A DNA stretch of 62,287 nucleotides, filler included, from Choristocarpus tenellus KU-1152 (taxonomy: Eukaryota > Protista > Phaeophyceae), in NCBI GenBank assembly GCA_964200185.2. It is 12 parts of 12 records of this genome, joined end to end, with 100 filler letters (N's around TTAATTAATTAA, not from the genome) between each part and the next. Parts side by side here need not be neighbours in the genome. Positions count along the whole stretch, not along the records: positions 1 to 4,188 come from CAXNAD020015780.1; positions 4,289 to 7,316 come from CAXNAD020022840.1; positions 7,417 to 11,228 come from CAXNAD020017788.1; 9 more parts are not named here. One strand, 5' to 3'. Shown piece after piece: positions 1 through 11,228 of the stretch (position 1 is its first letter; the number at the start of each line of letters is the position of its first letter). The translations under genes were made by a program, and so were the position numbers. A model generated the notes under the pieces. It was given only the letters and a program-made list of their open reading frames with translations, did not search any database and had not been told where the DNA came from.

Positions 1-1665
1 TGAAGCTTCTGTTATATCACATTTCCCACCCTGCCCCTGCCCCCCCACAATCACACCCTTGGCCCCACTACCACGTTTACCACCCACAAGGGGCGTTGAT
101 GTTGGCAATAGGAGAAGGTGACTAACAATTTTGGCCGCAAATGCCCGCTTGAGATATAGGGAGGCATTGTTTACACCAGGTGATTTTGACCTCGTCTGTG
201 GCAAGCATGAAAGAAGACTCGAGCACACCGGTGCAATGGCCACCGCAGCACGATGGGGGAGTGGACTAAGGGTTTTCGTCGAGGCACTGCTCCAAGGGAA
301 GCACAGGGTACCCACGCATTGGAGCATTTCTAGGGTTTTCAACTCATCCCCATGAAGGTGCCCAGCACAAAGGATCAAGACATGCTCGGCAGCAGCTTCT
401 TGTCCCCGCCCCTGCACCCGCCCTGCACTCTCAAATTCTTCCTCGCTGTCACCGTAACTGTCACTGTCACTGTTACTACTGCCATTGTCGTCTTCAGTGC
501 AGCCCGACACTGAGAGATTGGACACCCTTCTTACAAGTGCGGCTGAAGAGGCCTCTGAGCTCTCTTCCCTCCCCCCAAGGGGAGGAATTAGCCCGACTGC
601 GAGCATCAGCACAGCGGCGTAGTGCGCCAGGAGATAGGCGACTGACTTTCCTACCGAACCCTCCGAGCTAGAGGTCTTTGGGACACAAGACAGGTCGAAT
701 ATCACACCGGCTTCGCCCCACATACTGGAAGAAACCCCAGTTCTAGGCGCTAGCGAGCGAATGGCAAGCCCAATAGCATTCAAAAGACGTAGTATGAGCC
801 CAAGGGATTTTTCGATCGACGACGCCTGTGTTTGTGAGATGTAACCAATTGGCCCTGCCGCATGCCCATTCTTCGTTTCCTCCTGTACCCTCACCAATTC
901 TACCAAGCAACGTACAGCCCGAGAGGCAAGAACATTGGCTCTTGCAGCATAAAAGGCCTGTCCACGAGACGACAGGAGACCATTCACATCGATAGCGATA
1001 GCTTTGGACAGTGTTCGCATGTCTGCAAGGTTAGCATCCAGATCGATAAATACCTTGCTGTGGAGCGCGGCTAGACCCTTTGCCGCGCCTCCCTTCAAAC
1101 GTTTGTTTTTGTCATGTTTCGTTCTTTTCACCACTTCAGATTTCCTCGCCATCGCAGAGAGGAGAAGGTCACATGGAGCACGAGGGTTTGCGGCAAGGGT
1201 ATAAAGGGAGTACCCATCTGTTTCCTTCTGTGCCAGCACCCTCTTTTCTTGGTACATATCGTACGTACATACCAATGTATTGGTCGGTTCTTCAGTGCTC
1301 AAGCCTATTTTCTGTTTTCCCTCCCCCCTCGTGACAAGTTTGCCAGTAATAGTCGTCCCCAAGCGTATCACCTCCTTGGAGAAGACCTCTGAGCTGGACT
1401 TGGTATTCTTAGCTAGTGTCTCTCTCAGCTTTCCCTGAGGTAGAGATTCTATGGCAGCTTGGAACTGGGCCAAAATTTCATCTCTGTCCGTAGCAGCACC
1501 AGCCTCGCTGGTTAACTTAGACGCGAGTTTGATGATAAAACGATGAGCTTTGTCTTGACCTTTGATTCCTTCTTTGGTACGCCGTTTGGCAGGATTCTTG
1601 TTCTTTCCCTCAGCCTGCATTTTACGCTTAGTACCGCCAGCAGCTCGTGTCTCACGCATCTTCAT
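1..1665 (-). CDS. Uncharacterised protein, at least 555 aa, open off the left window edge
   Basis: Hand translation of the minus strand from ATG at 1665 gives 555 codons with no stop (MKMRETRAAGGTKRKMQAEGKNKNPAKRRTK...). It has a basic NLS-like N-terminus, a helical middle and an acidic Ser/Asp patch. It is absent from the ORF track, presumably because there is no stop inside the window. Confidence 0.8.
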   Translation of the reverse strand, partial: MKMRETRAAGGTKRKMQAEGKNKNPAKRRTKEGIKGQDKAHRFIIKLASKLTSEAGAATDRDEILAQFQAAIESLPQGKLRETLAKNTKSSSEVFSKEVIRLGTTITGKLVTRGEGKQKIGLSTEEPTNTLVCTYDMYQEKRVLAQKETDGYSLYTLAANPRAPCDLLLSAMARKSEVVKRTKHDKNKRLKGGAAKGLAALHSKVFIDLDANLADMRTLSKAIAIDVNGLLSSRGQAFYAARANVLASRAVRCLVELVRVQEETKNGHAAGPIGYISQTQASSIEKSLGLILRLLNAIGLAIRSLAPRTGVSSSMWGEAGVIFDLSCVPKTSSSEGSVGKSVAYLLAHYAAVLMLAVGLIPPLGGREESSEASSAALVRRVSNLSVSGCTEDDNGSSNSDSDSYGDSEEEFESAGRVQGRGQEAAAEHVLILCAGHLHGDELKTLEMLQCVGTLCFPWSSASTKTLSPLPHRAAVAIAPVCSSLLSCLPQTRSKSPGVNNASLYLKRAFAAKIVSHLLLLPTSTPLVGGKRGSGAKGVIVGGQGQGGKCDITEAS

Positions 1666-3464
1666 TACGAGGATTTAGAATGAGCACTACTGAGCAATGG
1701 TCAGGTGTTGAGGTGTAAGGTACAAGGGAGTTGAAGGGTTTTGGAGGCGTTCTGATTTCTTGAACCATTTGAAAGGCTGAGTTTGAGTTTAATTTATGAG
1801 AAAAAAATTCCAGATACAGATATGAGATGGGAAATCTGAGAAATCGGAATGAAACATACAGACTGACTATACATTGATTATATATCATACATATATAATA
1901 AGGGAAAAGCCAACGCAATATCAAAAACCCTTCCAATAGTAAGATTGTAGCAGTAGTGATGGGTTGGTACCCTCCGTAAAGAAAAGTGTCAAAATTACCT
2001 ACAAATAAATAAGCGGTTTTAATCATTCATAGATACTAGGTTGTGTCAACACGTCGTAGGAAGGTGTGTTGGCGGATCAGATGTACGAACAACAATATCG
2101 TATGGATAGTTCTCTCCGTTTTAACCCATCCATGCTCGCGTTGTGCTTTCTTTACAGATTGCTGGCATTGATGTGTCCAACAGGGTCTAACCTTCACGAG
2201 GATCTCGATAGTGACCACCCCACAATCTAACTTGTTCTGTAGGAGGATATATCACTTGACCCAGTGTGCCCATCGTCACGATAGATACAGTGTGTTTTTG
2301 TCCCAGTCCAGTCTTCTTCTGTATTATATATATTACAATATTCTTCTGAATAATGGTCATATTACATCATTTGATGTTCCATCGTACGAAGTAGTAGTAA
2401 TCCTAAGCGCGAGCGAACTCTACAAACAATGGGAAATGGTATCGGCAAGGTGGGTTGGTCTATTTTTGATGGGGTGTGGTATATGCTGCATTTCGGATAT
2501 GCACTCGGCGCTTGGATCCGTGTGGACTGTGTGATGATGTCAAGAACGTCGGCCTTATGTAGATTTTTTTTGTGTTAGGCAGCTTTTTGTGTTTCAGCGA
2601 GGTGTGGAATAGGGGTTACCTGTTGTACATTTAGTCGCCTTGAGTTTTGGACCGTGGTACTCAGTATGGGAGGATATTCCATCTGTGTCGGTTTTGCTAT
2701 GTGTCTGTCAATGGCCTTAGTGCCTGGGCAACACAAAGAGGAGGGAGAAGGCTTGTGATATAGTTGCATATATTGGGATATTGATCGTGGACGAATTGTG
2801 TACAGTTAGGTTGGCGTTATCAATGGGTTATACATTATTTCGCTTAATGTTAGCGCCATGGCACATACACATTCCGCAGTATATTATGTGGGAGAGGGTT
2901 AGGTGTATTGTGTGTTGGAGCAGGTTCGAAGGGGTGATGCATGCCATGGACCATGCTAGAACAGGGCATGTCATAGTCAGCGCATTGTAACGTTTGAAAA
3001 AATGATCAAGAACAGATACTGCTTAACACACACGCGCGCGCGTGCGCGCGCGCAAATCCGAATTTCGATGTTTAAGTTCAATAATTCAAGGGCATATAAA
3101 GGCAGATACCAGAACGTGTGAGGAAAAATCGCTGAATATGTAAATAAAAGGAAATGGATAGTAATCATGCCAATAAACGAAGGTATAACAGCACACATCT
3201 AGGTGAACAATAGGAAAAATATTAAAAACCGAGTAGAAAAATGTAAAAATGCGCTCCCGCATCAACAAAGTCCGACCTACCTAACAGAAGACGTTCGTGG
3301 AAACATTTACCTGATTGATGAAAGGAGAGGGTGACTCAGGAGTACGAACACTTACTATAGCTCATCCGCACTATATATCTCTCTTCGGCATTATGTCGAT
3401 GAGGGACTTGTCCAGATCCAGGCCTGTATAGGAGCGTCTCGTTCTGTACTGTACCATTCTACGA

Positions 3465-3722
3465 GAGTGAAAGTATCTTAGAGGATAGAGCGCGTCCATT
3501 AGGGGGAAAATCCAATATTGCAATTTTGATAAAATTTTGACTATCATGTTTGTTGGGGAATGTCAATATCCTTGTTCCGGACACACCTTTTCATAACGCA
3601 TACATTTTTGACCTACTCCGAAATATTTTAGAGTACGAAAAATGTCATCAAAAACCAGTGGGAATCCAGGCCCAAAATGGACAAACCAGGAAAAACTCGT
3701 ACCCTATATGATACTTTCACTC
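3465..3722 (+). mobile_element. MITE subfamily A, complete copy (258 bp)
   Basis: Termini GAGTGAAAGTATC...GATACTTTCACTC are inverted repeats. Flanks ACGA/ACAA are a near-perfect 4-bp TSD. The interior is homologous to copies at 6381, 6746, 11156 and 21691. Confidence 0.85.
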
Positions 3723-3900
3723 ACAACAAGCTGGATATTTCGCACCTTGCCATTCTCCCATTTGACCCCATAGGGGTAGTTTACTCGCTCCTCTCCAACT
3801 CTCACTGTGTGTCGGGGATGGTATCCGGTGACGGTCCCTTGCATCCACTGATTGTCCCATCGAAAGTACTGTCCTCTGCCCTTGGCTCTTGAATAAAGTG
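3723..3900 (-). pseudogene. Tudor/SH3-fold-like coding fragment abutting a MITE
   Basis: The translation QYFRWDNQWMQGTVTGYHP...YPYGVKWENGKVRNIQL has a Tudor-like aromatic/beta pattern, and the frame runs into the MITE end. Confidence 0.3.
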
Positions 3901-4127
3901 TCCCCTCCCGGTTCAAATCGGGGACAACCCTCAGTGACGGCTCCAGGAGGATGCCCAATTATTCAATCATTAACAACAATAAATAAAAATACAACACACA
4001 TGCTATCTTACATCTTCATTAATAACTTCACATGCTGTCTAAAAACTCGAACTGGCAAATTCTTGGTCAACACATCTGCCCTCTGATTTGCAGTACCAAC
4101 AAAAACAGCACGAATCTCTGTTGAAAC

Positions 4128-4188
4128 CTGAATCGAATGCATCGTACATGTAAGCAAAATGCGTAGACTACTAGCGATGAGGAATCAT
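4128..4188 (+). repeat. Dispersed repeat, copy 1 (contig end)
   Basis: CTGAATCGAATGCATCGTACATGTAAGCAAAATGCG... is near-identical to 22401-22461. Confidence 0.85.
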
Positions 4189-4288
4189 NNNNNNNNNNNN
4201 NNNNNNNNNNNNNNNNNNNNNNNNNNNNNNNNTTAATTAATTAANNNNNNNNNNNNNNNNNNNNNNNNNNNNNNNNNNNNNNNNNNNN
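4189..4288. other. Artificial contig linker (first of 11)
   Basis: 44N-TTAATTAATTAA-44N. The same linker starts at 7317, 11229, 18770, 22569, 28414, 32487, 37584, 42114, 47983 and 55327. Confidence 0.98.
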
Positions 4289-6380
4289 CATCTGGATTTC
4301 CAGAGTGGGTGACGGTCGAGGTTATCACCACCCTGGGACAGAAGTTTGTCTCCGAAGTGTCATTACCTTGAGGATGCATCTTCATGGTGAGCCGATCTGT
4401 TGAGTCCAGAAACTTCAATTTAATGTATCCTACCTATACTAGGAGGAGTTTCGAAATTGAAGGAGAACTCAAACCACCACTCTAGCGATAATATTTTATG
4501 GTTTTAACTTTGGGCCTCCCAACCCTACTCCGTCGAAATATACATCCTGTGATGATCACATAGATGAGATACATAGACCCTATTACTACATTAACCTTAC
4601 ACCTTATGCATCCTGCATCCTGCATATGTCACCATTATTGCGAAGGTATAAACCACAATGTGCGAGGTGGTCCTGGGATCAATTGTCAGGAGGAGTGACA
4701 TCGAGGGTCAACCGACTTCTGGAAATGAAGGGCTTTTGCGTCCGATCTTCGATGGTTATATCTAGAATGCAATGCCAGGGTCAATACAACTTACATTTTT
4801 GGGGTTATACCTTCTTCCTCACTTTGTACTTCTAATGACATATTTTGACGAACCATGTTGCTGCATGATGACGTACAGGGACGATCTCATGTGGGGTGCT
4901 AGGGCTCAGGGGGGAAAGTAGTTAGCGTTGTTGGGGGAAGTGCGTCCCTGGTCGAGTTGTTATATCCATCAACTAGACTGTTTCTATACAGTTATTGGGA
5001 TGTAGACCAATAGTTTGGAGCATCACTGGTTTCAGTAGCGCAGTAGGAACCTAGAACTTAGTTTGCACGACTTTCCCCCCCTGTACTGGCCTTTATACAA
5101 CTGAGCACATGCTGTATTTTGCTCGATGAGACTGGCATAATGTTATACTTTGAGTTTGACTGAAGTAATTTTTCGTGTATTAAACTCCCTCAACTTATTC
5201 CTAAGATTAGTGATGTGACTCCAAAGTCCTGAGTAGTGGTATGGAAAATGTGTGAGATCCCTCACAGGCTAAATTGAGGATGATTCAATACTAGTATGTG
5301 CATCATTGGTCTTGCTGATAGGGTGTTTGAGATGCACCTCATAAAGGAATGTGTGTGAAAGTATTGAAATGACTGTGCCAAAATGGCTCGTTCATGGGAG
5401 GGCGAGGGGGATGAGGGTTTACTCAATATCCTGTTTTCGGGGAAACAGGACCAGAGTGTACATTAGACGGACTAGTGGGTGTGTTTAGTAGACACTCTGG
5501 ACTTTATTTGATCCTGGAGGCTGATGTAGTGGCGTAGAGGCGCCGAAAACCGAGAGAAGTGTTATCGACAAGTTGATTGAGAAGACAAGCACTTTGTGGA
5601 CACTTGGCATGCCAATGACACCGTATCAATTGCCGTCCGCTACATTGAAGGAGCAAGAAAATGTATTGTGTTCCACACACGGTTGTCGTTACTTCCCTTC
5701 TAAGCGTTTTCTCCTTACTAATTTTCCTGGTTTTGTTGTGATAGGTGATTTATTGCATGCAGTGTTTAGGTACATGGATACCTCCCTGAGTTTTGTTCGA
5801 TCCTGAGGACGCTGGTGGCGACAGCCATTCTCTGTTCTCTACCGTGTATTCCATTAATGGTAGTGATCTGTGATTGGATTTCGATTCTCCATTTTTTCTT
5901 CAATTTTTCTTCCAAAATTGCATTTCCACTTTTTTTTGTGATTTTTTTCGTGTTTGTTGCTTCCCTACATGAATAGGAATACCTTCTCGACCACGTTTCT
6001 GAGACTCTTCAGATGAACGTGAACAGATAATGAAATAATTGATTCAACTATACTCCTACTTTGTGCATTAAATTAAGCTCATCTACCAAGATGATGAGTT
6101 CATTTTGAACAAGTCATACACAATTTGAAAACCATTACACACACGTTTTTATCTATCATGCAGAGGCACCCTCCCTCGTGTCGGCTTTGAAATTATATTT
6201 GTTGAGCTCTGTTTAGCTTGAACTTATTGACGAATGTACAAAACAACAACATTTTTTGTCTTGTGCTGGAGGCTGAAAGACACGAGTAGTACCTAGGGTT
6301 GCATTTGGAAGATGTGCTAACAAATGTGAAAAGAGTCAAAGCATTTAAGAGGTTAGGACCACTTCCGTTCGAGATCATAA

Positions 6381-6590
6381 ATCCAATATTTCGATTTTGA
6401 TGGATTTTGGCTATCGTGCTTATTAGCAAGTGTCAATATCTTTGCTCTGGACACACCTTTCATAGTCGTATATATTTTAGGTAACTGTGTTCATACAGAA
6501 AACTGAAAAAGGGCATAAAAAATCCGTGGGAAGTCAAGCCCCCAATGAACAAACAGGGCAAAACTCCTACCCTCTAAGATACTTTCACTC
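6381..6590 (+). mobile_element. MITE subfamily A, 5'-truncated copy
   Basis: Homologous to the 3465-3722 interior and ends in CCCTCTAAGATACTTTCACTC. Confidence 0.8.
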
Positions 6591-6745
6591 TATGGAACAG
6601 TTTCCCCAGCAACACCCATACCTCCATCACTCTGGCTACCGACCTCGACTCTGGCCACTCTGCTAACAATACCTTCAAACCCCTCAACTTTCCGTCTGGT
6701 AAGGCAATGGTCATCGTCTCCATGTCTATCCTCCATCCCACTACT
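6591..6745 (-). pseudogene. Reverse-transcriptase fragment of a DIRS/Ngaro-like (tyrosine recombinase) retrotransposon
   Basis: VGWRIDMETMTIALPDGKLRGLKVLLAEWPESRSVARVMEVWVLLGKLFH matches the pattern LGW.ID..MTI.LP..K...L...W......L.GKL.H that I recall from the C-terminal part of DIRS-type RTs. Confidence 0.65.
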
Positions 6746-6984
6746 GAGTCAAAGTATCTTAGGGGGACCAAAATTCAATGTTGTGATTTTGATAAAATTT
6801 AGTTATCGGATTTTTTAGAAAGTGTCAAATATCTATGTTTGCGGACACACCTTTTCATAACATACACATTTCACCTATCCCTAAGCATTTTGCAGTAGGA
6901 AAATGTCACTAAAAAAAATATTGGAGGCCAAGCCCCAAATGGACAAACAAGGCAAAACTCGTACCGTCTAAGATACTTTCACTC
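6746..6984 (+). mobile_element. MITE subfamily A, complete copy
   Basis: Termini GAGTCAAAGTATCTTAG...CTAAGATACTTTCACTC, with an interior homologous to 3465-3722. No clean TSD. Confidence 0.85.
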
Positions 6985-7295
6985 TCACTACCTGTGTAGT
7001 ATGCCATCCTGTCAGTTTCTTCGCTGACAGGATGGGGGGTTCCTCTGCCTGTCTCTGACCTAGCAACGTATGTGATATGAGACTAAAGAATTTGTTGTAT
7101 TTTTGCAAGGAAAGGGTCATCTACCCTCCCCCTTCCTACTTCGGGAACTTTCCATGTCTCATCTAAAGTACTAACCTCTCTCCTACCCTTCTGCTGCGAA
7201 TGCCTTTACTCCTATAGCAATCTTTTCTGCTTCCTTAGTACTACTGCCGATTGGGGTTCTGTGTGAGAATTCGAAGGCATTTGCCAGTAGATCCC

Positions 7296-7316
7296 GACCC
7301 AAAGTATCTGGGAGGG
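7296..7316. mobile_element. MITE subfamily B terminus at contig end
   Basis: GACCCAAAGTATCTGGGAGGG followed by the linker. Confidence 0.7.
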
Positions 7317-7416
7317 NNNNNNNNNNNNNNNNNNNNNNNNNNNNNNNNNNNNNNNNNNNNTTAATTAATTAANNNNNNNNNNNNNNNNNNNNNNNNNNNN
7401 NNNNNNNNNNNNNNNN

Positions 7417-7584
7417 CTAGGGGGCGGGGGCGGTCTACACCAGGGTGTCCATTTGGGTCAAAACCAGGAAAAGTGCACTTACATTATCCATTTGACGTAT
7501 GCAACCAAATCACTCAAAAATCGCGACATGAAAAGTTTGACCACAAATGGGCAGCTTGCCACCCCCTCCCAGATACTTTGAAAC
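7417..7584 (-). mobile_element. MITE subfamily B copy at contig start
   Basis: Reverse-complement homolog of 19038-19209 that ends CCCTCCCAGATACTTTG. Confidence 0.8.
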
Positions 7585-8667
7585 AACGGATGGGGGTCAG
7601 TACTCTGTGGACGTAGAGATATAGCTGTGGAGACGGGGTACAGTATTGTTCCGTAAAGGTCTGAACTCCTGTCTTCCTTCAGAGTTTTCACGAAGGGGGA
7701 TCTACTTATAGCATAAACGTTTAAGTAAGTGTGCTCTTTTCCATTTCTATGAGGTTCGAAATCGCCTCTCAGTAACAATGTCCAGTATCCAGATCGTGGA
7801 TTCCTGGCGCACATATGAACAGGTGATCACTATTGTACCTGAGTTGTAATACATCCTACCACTTTTACAAGATATAGTAGGACAATTTAATCTCGTTACC
7901 AAGTCCTCCTGGAGCGTAAGCATATTTAGCATGATCTCTTAGGTTTCCATTTTTTCTTGCTACGTTCACTATTGCATTGACTGAGATTGAAATGTGGATC
8001 TGAAAAACATCTTAAGGGTGGCAGATTGGCAATTTGGTGTTACGATGAAAGAAATAGGTGAAGTACTACTGGTACTCTCACATAAACTTCAATGATCACA
8101 TATACTCACTCCTGCGCATGACACAACACTAATGATTGGGGGCATCAATGAACAGAGCTCTGCGTACACATGATCCCCTTGTGCTGGGAAGAACACCTTG
8201 CCCGTCACTTTTCCGCAGCAAATCTGTTGAAACCAAAGTCATATTTGGCACATCCCGTTAACAACAAGACCCTTCACAAAGAGCCAAATGACTTGAAGCA
8301 ATATATCTTTGTGTCGTATGTCCATGGGCATACACAAGGAGTCGCTGTATCTGCCTACAGAAGAGTGCTCAACACCACCCTGAAAAAAATTGTCATACGA
8401 AAATATATGCCTTCCCCTAGTCATTGGGAAACACCCTCATGACTCCGCATCTTCTTCTTGAATTGCTCAAGAATTTAACCATTCAAATGGTAGAGAAAGA
8501 TGTGTGACGAAAGATAGCTACCTATCTGTTCTCAATATCCATGATTCAAGTGATAATTGCACCATTCAAATATGTGTCCAAACGCTATGACAGGGCGACT
8601 ACACACCATCATGTCCACGTGCACCTCCCCCCAGCCAGCATGTTAAAACGAGTTCACTCCTCAAAGC

Positions 8668-10798
8668 TCAATCTTCACGAAAATCCTTTGTGTACACAGC
8701 AAATGAGGCGCAAGTCATAGACTTTGAGGGGGCACCTTCTTCACCATCAACATAAAGACGGGGGAATGAAATTTTCACCTCCATATCTGAGGACATTTTA
8801 CTATCGAATGAATGGTAAGGATCTCTACCGTGCTCATCCCTGTTCCATGGGACATGATGCCAAAGTTCCTTCACAGCAAACTTGAGTGGATGAGGTGTTT
8901 GCAGCATGCACTCAATCATTGTTGAGCGGTACTTCAGAACCAGGTTTTTGTAAGGCTTGAATGTGTCTATCAGTTTCAATATGAACTGCAGGTGGTTGAT
9001 ATCTATCCCGGTGCAATTAGAACAGGCACTGTTGAGCAACTCTGATGTCAAAGCCTCAGCCTTGGGACTGTTGATGTCAAGGTAGCATTCCGAGAACATG
9101 GTCTTGTATTGAGTATGGACCGTGTTTCGCAGGAAATCTTTAGTCTCAGAGGAGAGGTCAGCGTACTGGCAGAGGTCTTCTTCCGGCGTGCCTGAGAGGA
9201 AGGTTTTCAAACCCTGGAATCGGCGTTTGTACATCTCATCCACCCAGCGGTGGCACTCATCGAAGGTCCAGGCAAGCACAGTGTTTGAAATATACGGCAC
9301 AAGAGCCATATTTTGCTTGAAGAAGTCTGTACTCTCGACTGCATAGCACCACTCCGGAATGTCGTTATTGACAATACCATTGACACGGGCTGCCAGCTCA
9401 GTAGACGTTGGAAAGGGGGAGCCGTAATCGTGGCCGAAGCTCCCTTCCAGCATAATCCTCCTTCCGAATGCTGCTGTGTATCGATCCTCTGCCTTCCGAG
9501 CTTTCTGCTCAGCTTCTATCAGCTCCTTACGCTTGATTTCCAGCTGATGTTCGTAGTGGTTGACCTTCACCTCAAGGTTCTCCTTTTCTCTGTGTAGCTC
9601 CTCGTTCTTAGTCTGGAGCCTGCAACTGAAAATAGAAGTTACGGAGGAAAGTACAAGACAGGGTGGTGATGCAATGTACTCTCAGAAGAAAGGAGGGTCA
9701 GGGTGGTTGGGAGGTTGGATGCAAGTGGGAAGGAGGGAAGTATTGATAATATCATCGCGCTTCGATCTGGTGCACACAAAACTCTCGGGCATGCGTTCGA
9801 ACTACCCCCCACATTCATGGCAAACGTGCATGTAGTGAGAGGTAAAATGTTGGATGGGCGGAGTGTGGGCGGCTCGCTCAAAACAAGTGTCAAGTCGTTT
9901 TCAAGACCTCATAGGGGTATGCGCATAGGTCAGGCAACAGCGAAGACATTGTTTTTTCTGAGACAATGTGATAAACCCAGTCTGCTTCTGTGTTCAAGCA
10001 AGACTGATCACATCATGCATGATCTATATAAGGAAGACGAAATGGAGAACTTGGGTTGCTTACTTGCCCTAAATATGAGTGTAATATTTCTGAAAAATCA
10101 AATAGTAGAGGCCTACCTCTACCCACTAGGATGACGATGCTTGCTTGAACGAACACACATAACATCTCGCAGTTACTGTTCTCAAACGAATTGATCAAAG
10201 CTACTCCTCGACCCTGTGGCCGACAACCCTCCTGGCCAACCCTCCTTGTCACCTCTACCACTGCGTGTGAAATCTCCCTGCATCAACATTTGTTTTTGAA
10301 TCTACTTATCTGTACGACAACGCTTGATTCAAGCAACTGGATTGGTACTTCGATGAATGTGGTATATCTCCCCACCCTCGTTGTGACTTACCGTCTTTCG
10401 CAGGCGCCTTGAGCTTCAGGATCAGTGTTCTTTACATCATCACCCCCAGAAGCTGATTCGGTACATGCAACTTGTTGATCAGTCCCTTTGTTGTGCGACG
10501 GAGGATCACTTGAAGTGTGACCTCCTGAGCTGGTGGTACCTGGCAAGTTCTCATAATTTGAATTCTGCCGTTGTTGTTCGAGGAAAACGGACAACCTTTT
10601 TTCAGGCACCGAAGAGGCAGGTCGATTTTCCCAACGCACATTGACTATTTCTTCGCCTTTCTCGTTCCTGAGTGACTTGTATTGGTTCATGATATACCCC
10701 ATGCTCTTTGTACCATCCCTGTGATTATAACACACACGCTGGGTTGAACCTATCATCCCCTTGTATCTAGGAACCAGAGGAACCCACTGTCCCGACAT
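8668..10798 (-). CDS. Uncharacterised protein with Tudor-like N-terminus, coiled coil and putative Mieap/GIL1-IRKI-like C-terminal domain
   Basis: The 300-aa ORF extends upstream to acceptor ttgcag| at 9619 (LQTKNEELHREKENLEVKV...). The 136-aa ORF has donor CG|gtaagt at 10392, and the phases are compatible (about 452 aa if joined directly). Extra exons between them are not excluded. Confidence 0.6.
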
Positions 10799-11155
10799 TG
10801 TTCGTCTTCTGTAACTTTAGGCGCCTTCTGAAGTGGACGATTTTGTTAGGAGGCTGGTTATGTAGTAGCTGTTATCGAATGAACCGATAGAATTGTACTG
10901 GTAAGTACTTTGATCCTAGCAAAATATTTTCCTCTTCTTGATGTATATAGTTCTCACTTTAGATGATCTCACATCTTCTCCAGTGATGTGTGAAGACGTC
11001 GTTTAGGATCGTGGAATTGGGGTCTAAGTTCCAATAAACTTCCTGTTGGTTCATACCGTTCGCAGAACAGTGCTCATTGAATCAATATCATAGAATATTA
11101 GTGCGAAGTAGATTAATGTTGACAGGACGCCACATAACCATCCCACCATCCACAA

Positions 11156-11228
11156 GAGTGAAAGTATCTTAGAGGGTACGAGTTTTGCCGTGTTTCTCCA
11201 TTTGGGGCTTGGCTTCCCACAGGTGTTT
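11156..11228 (-). mobile_element. MITE subfamily A, partial copy at contig end
   Basis: GAGTGAAAGTATCTTAGAGGGTACGAGTTTTGCC is the reverse complement of the family A right end. Confidence 0.8.
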
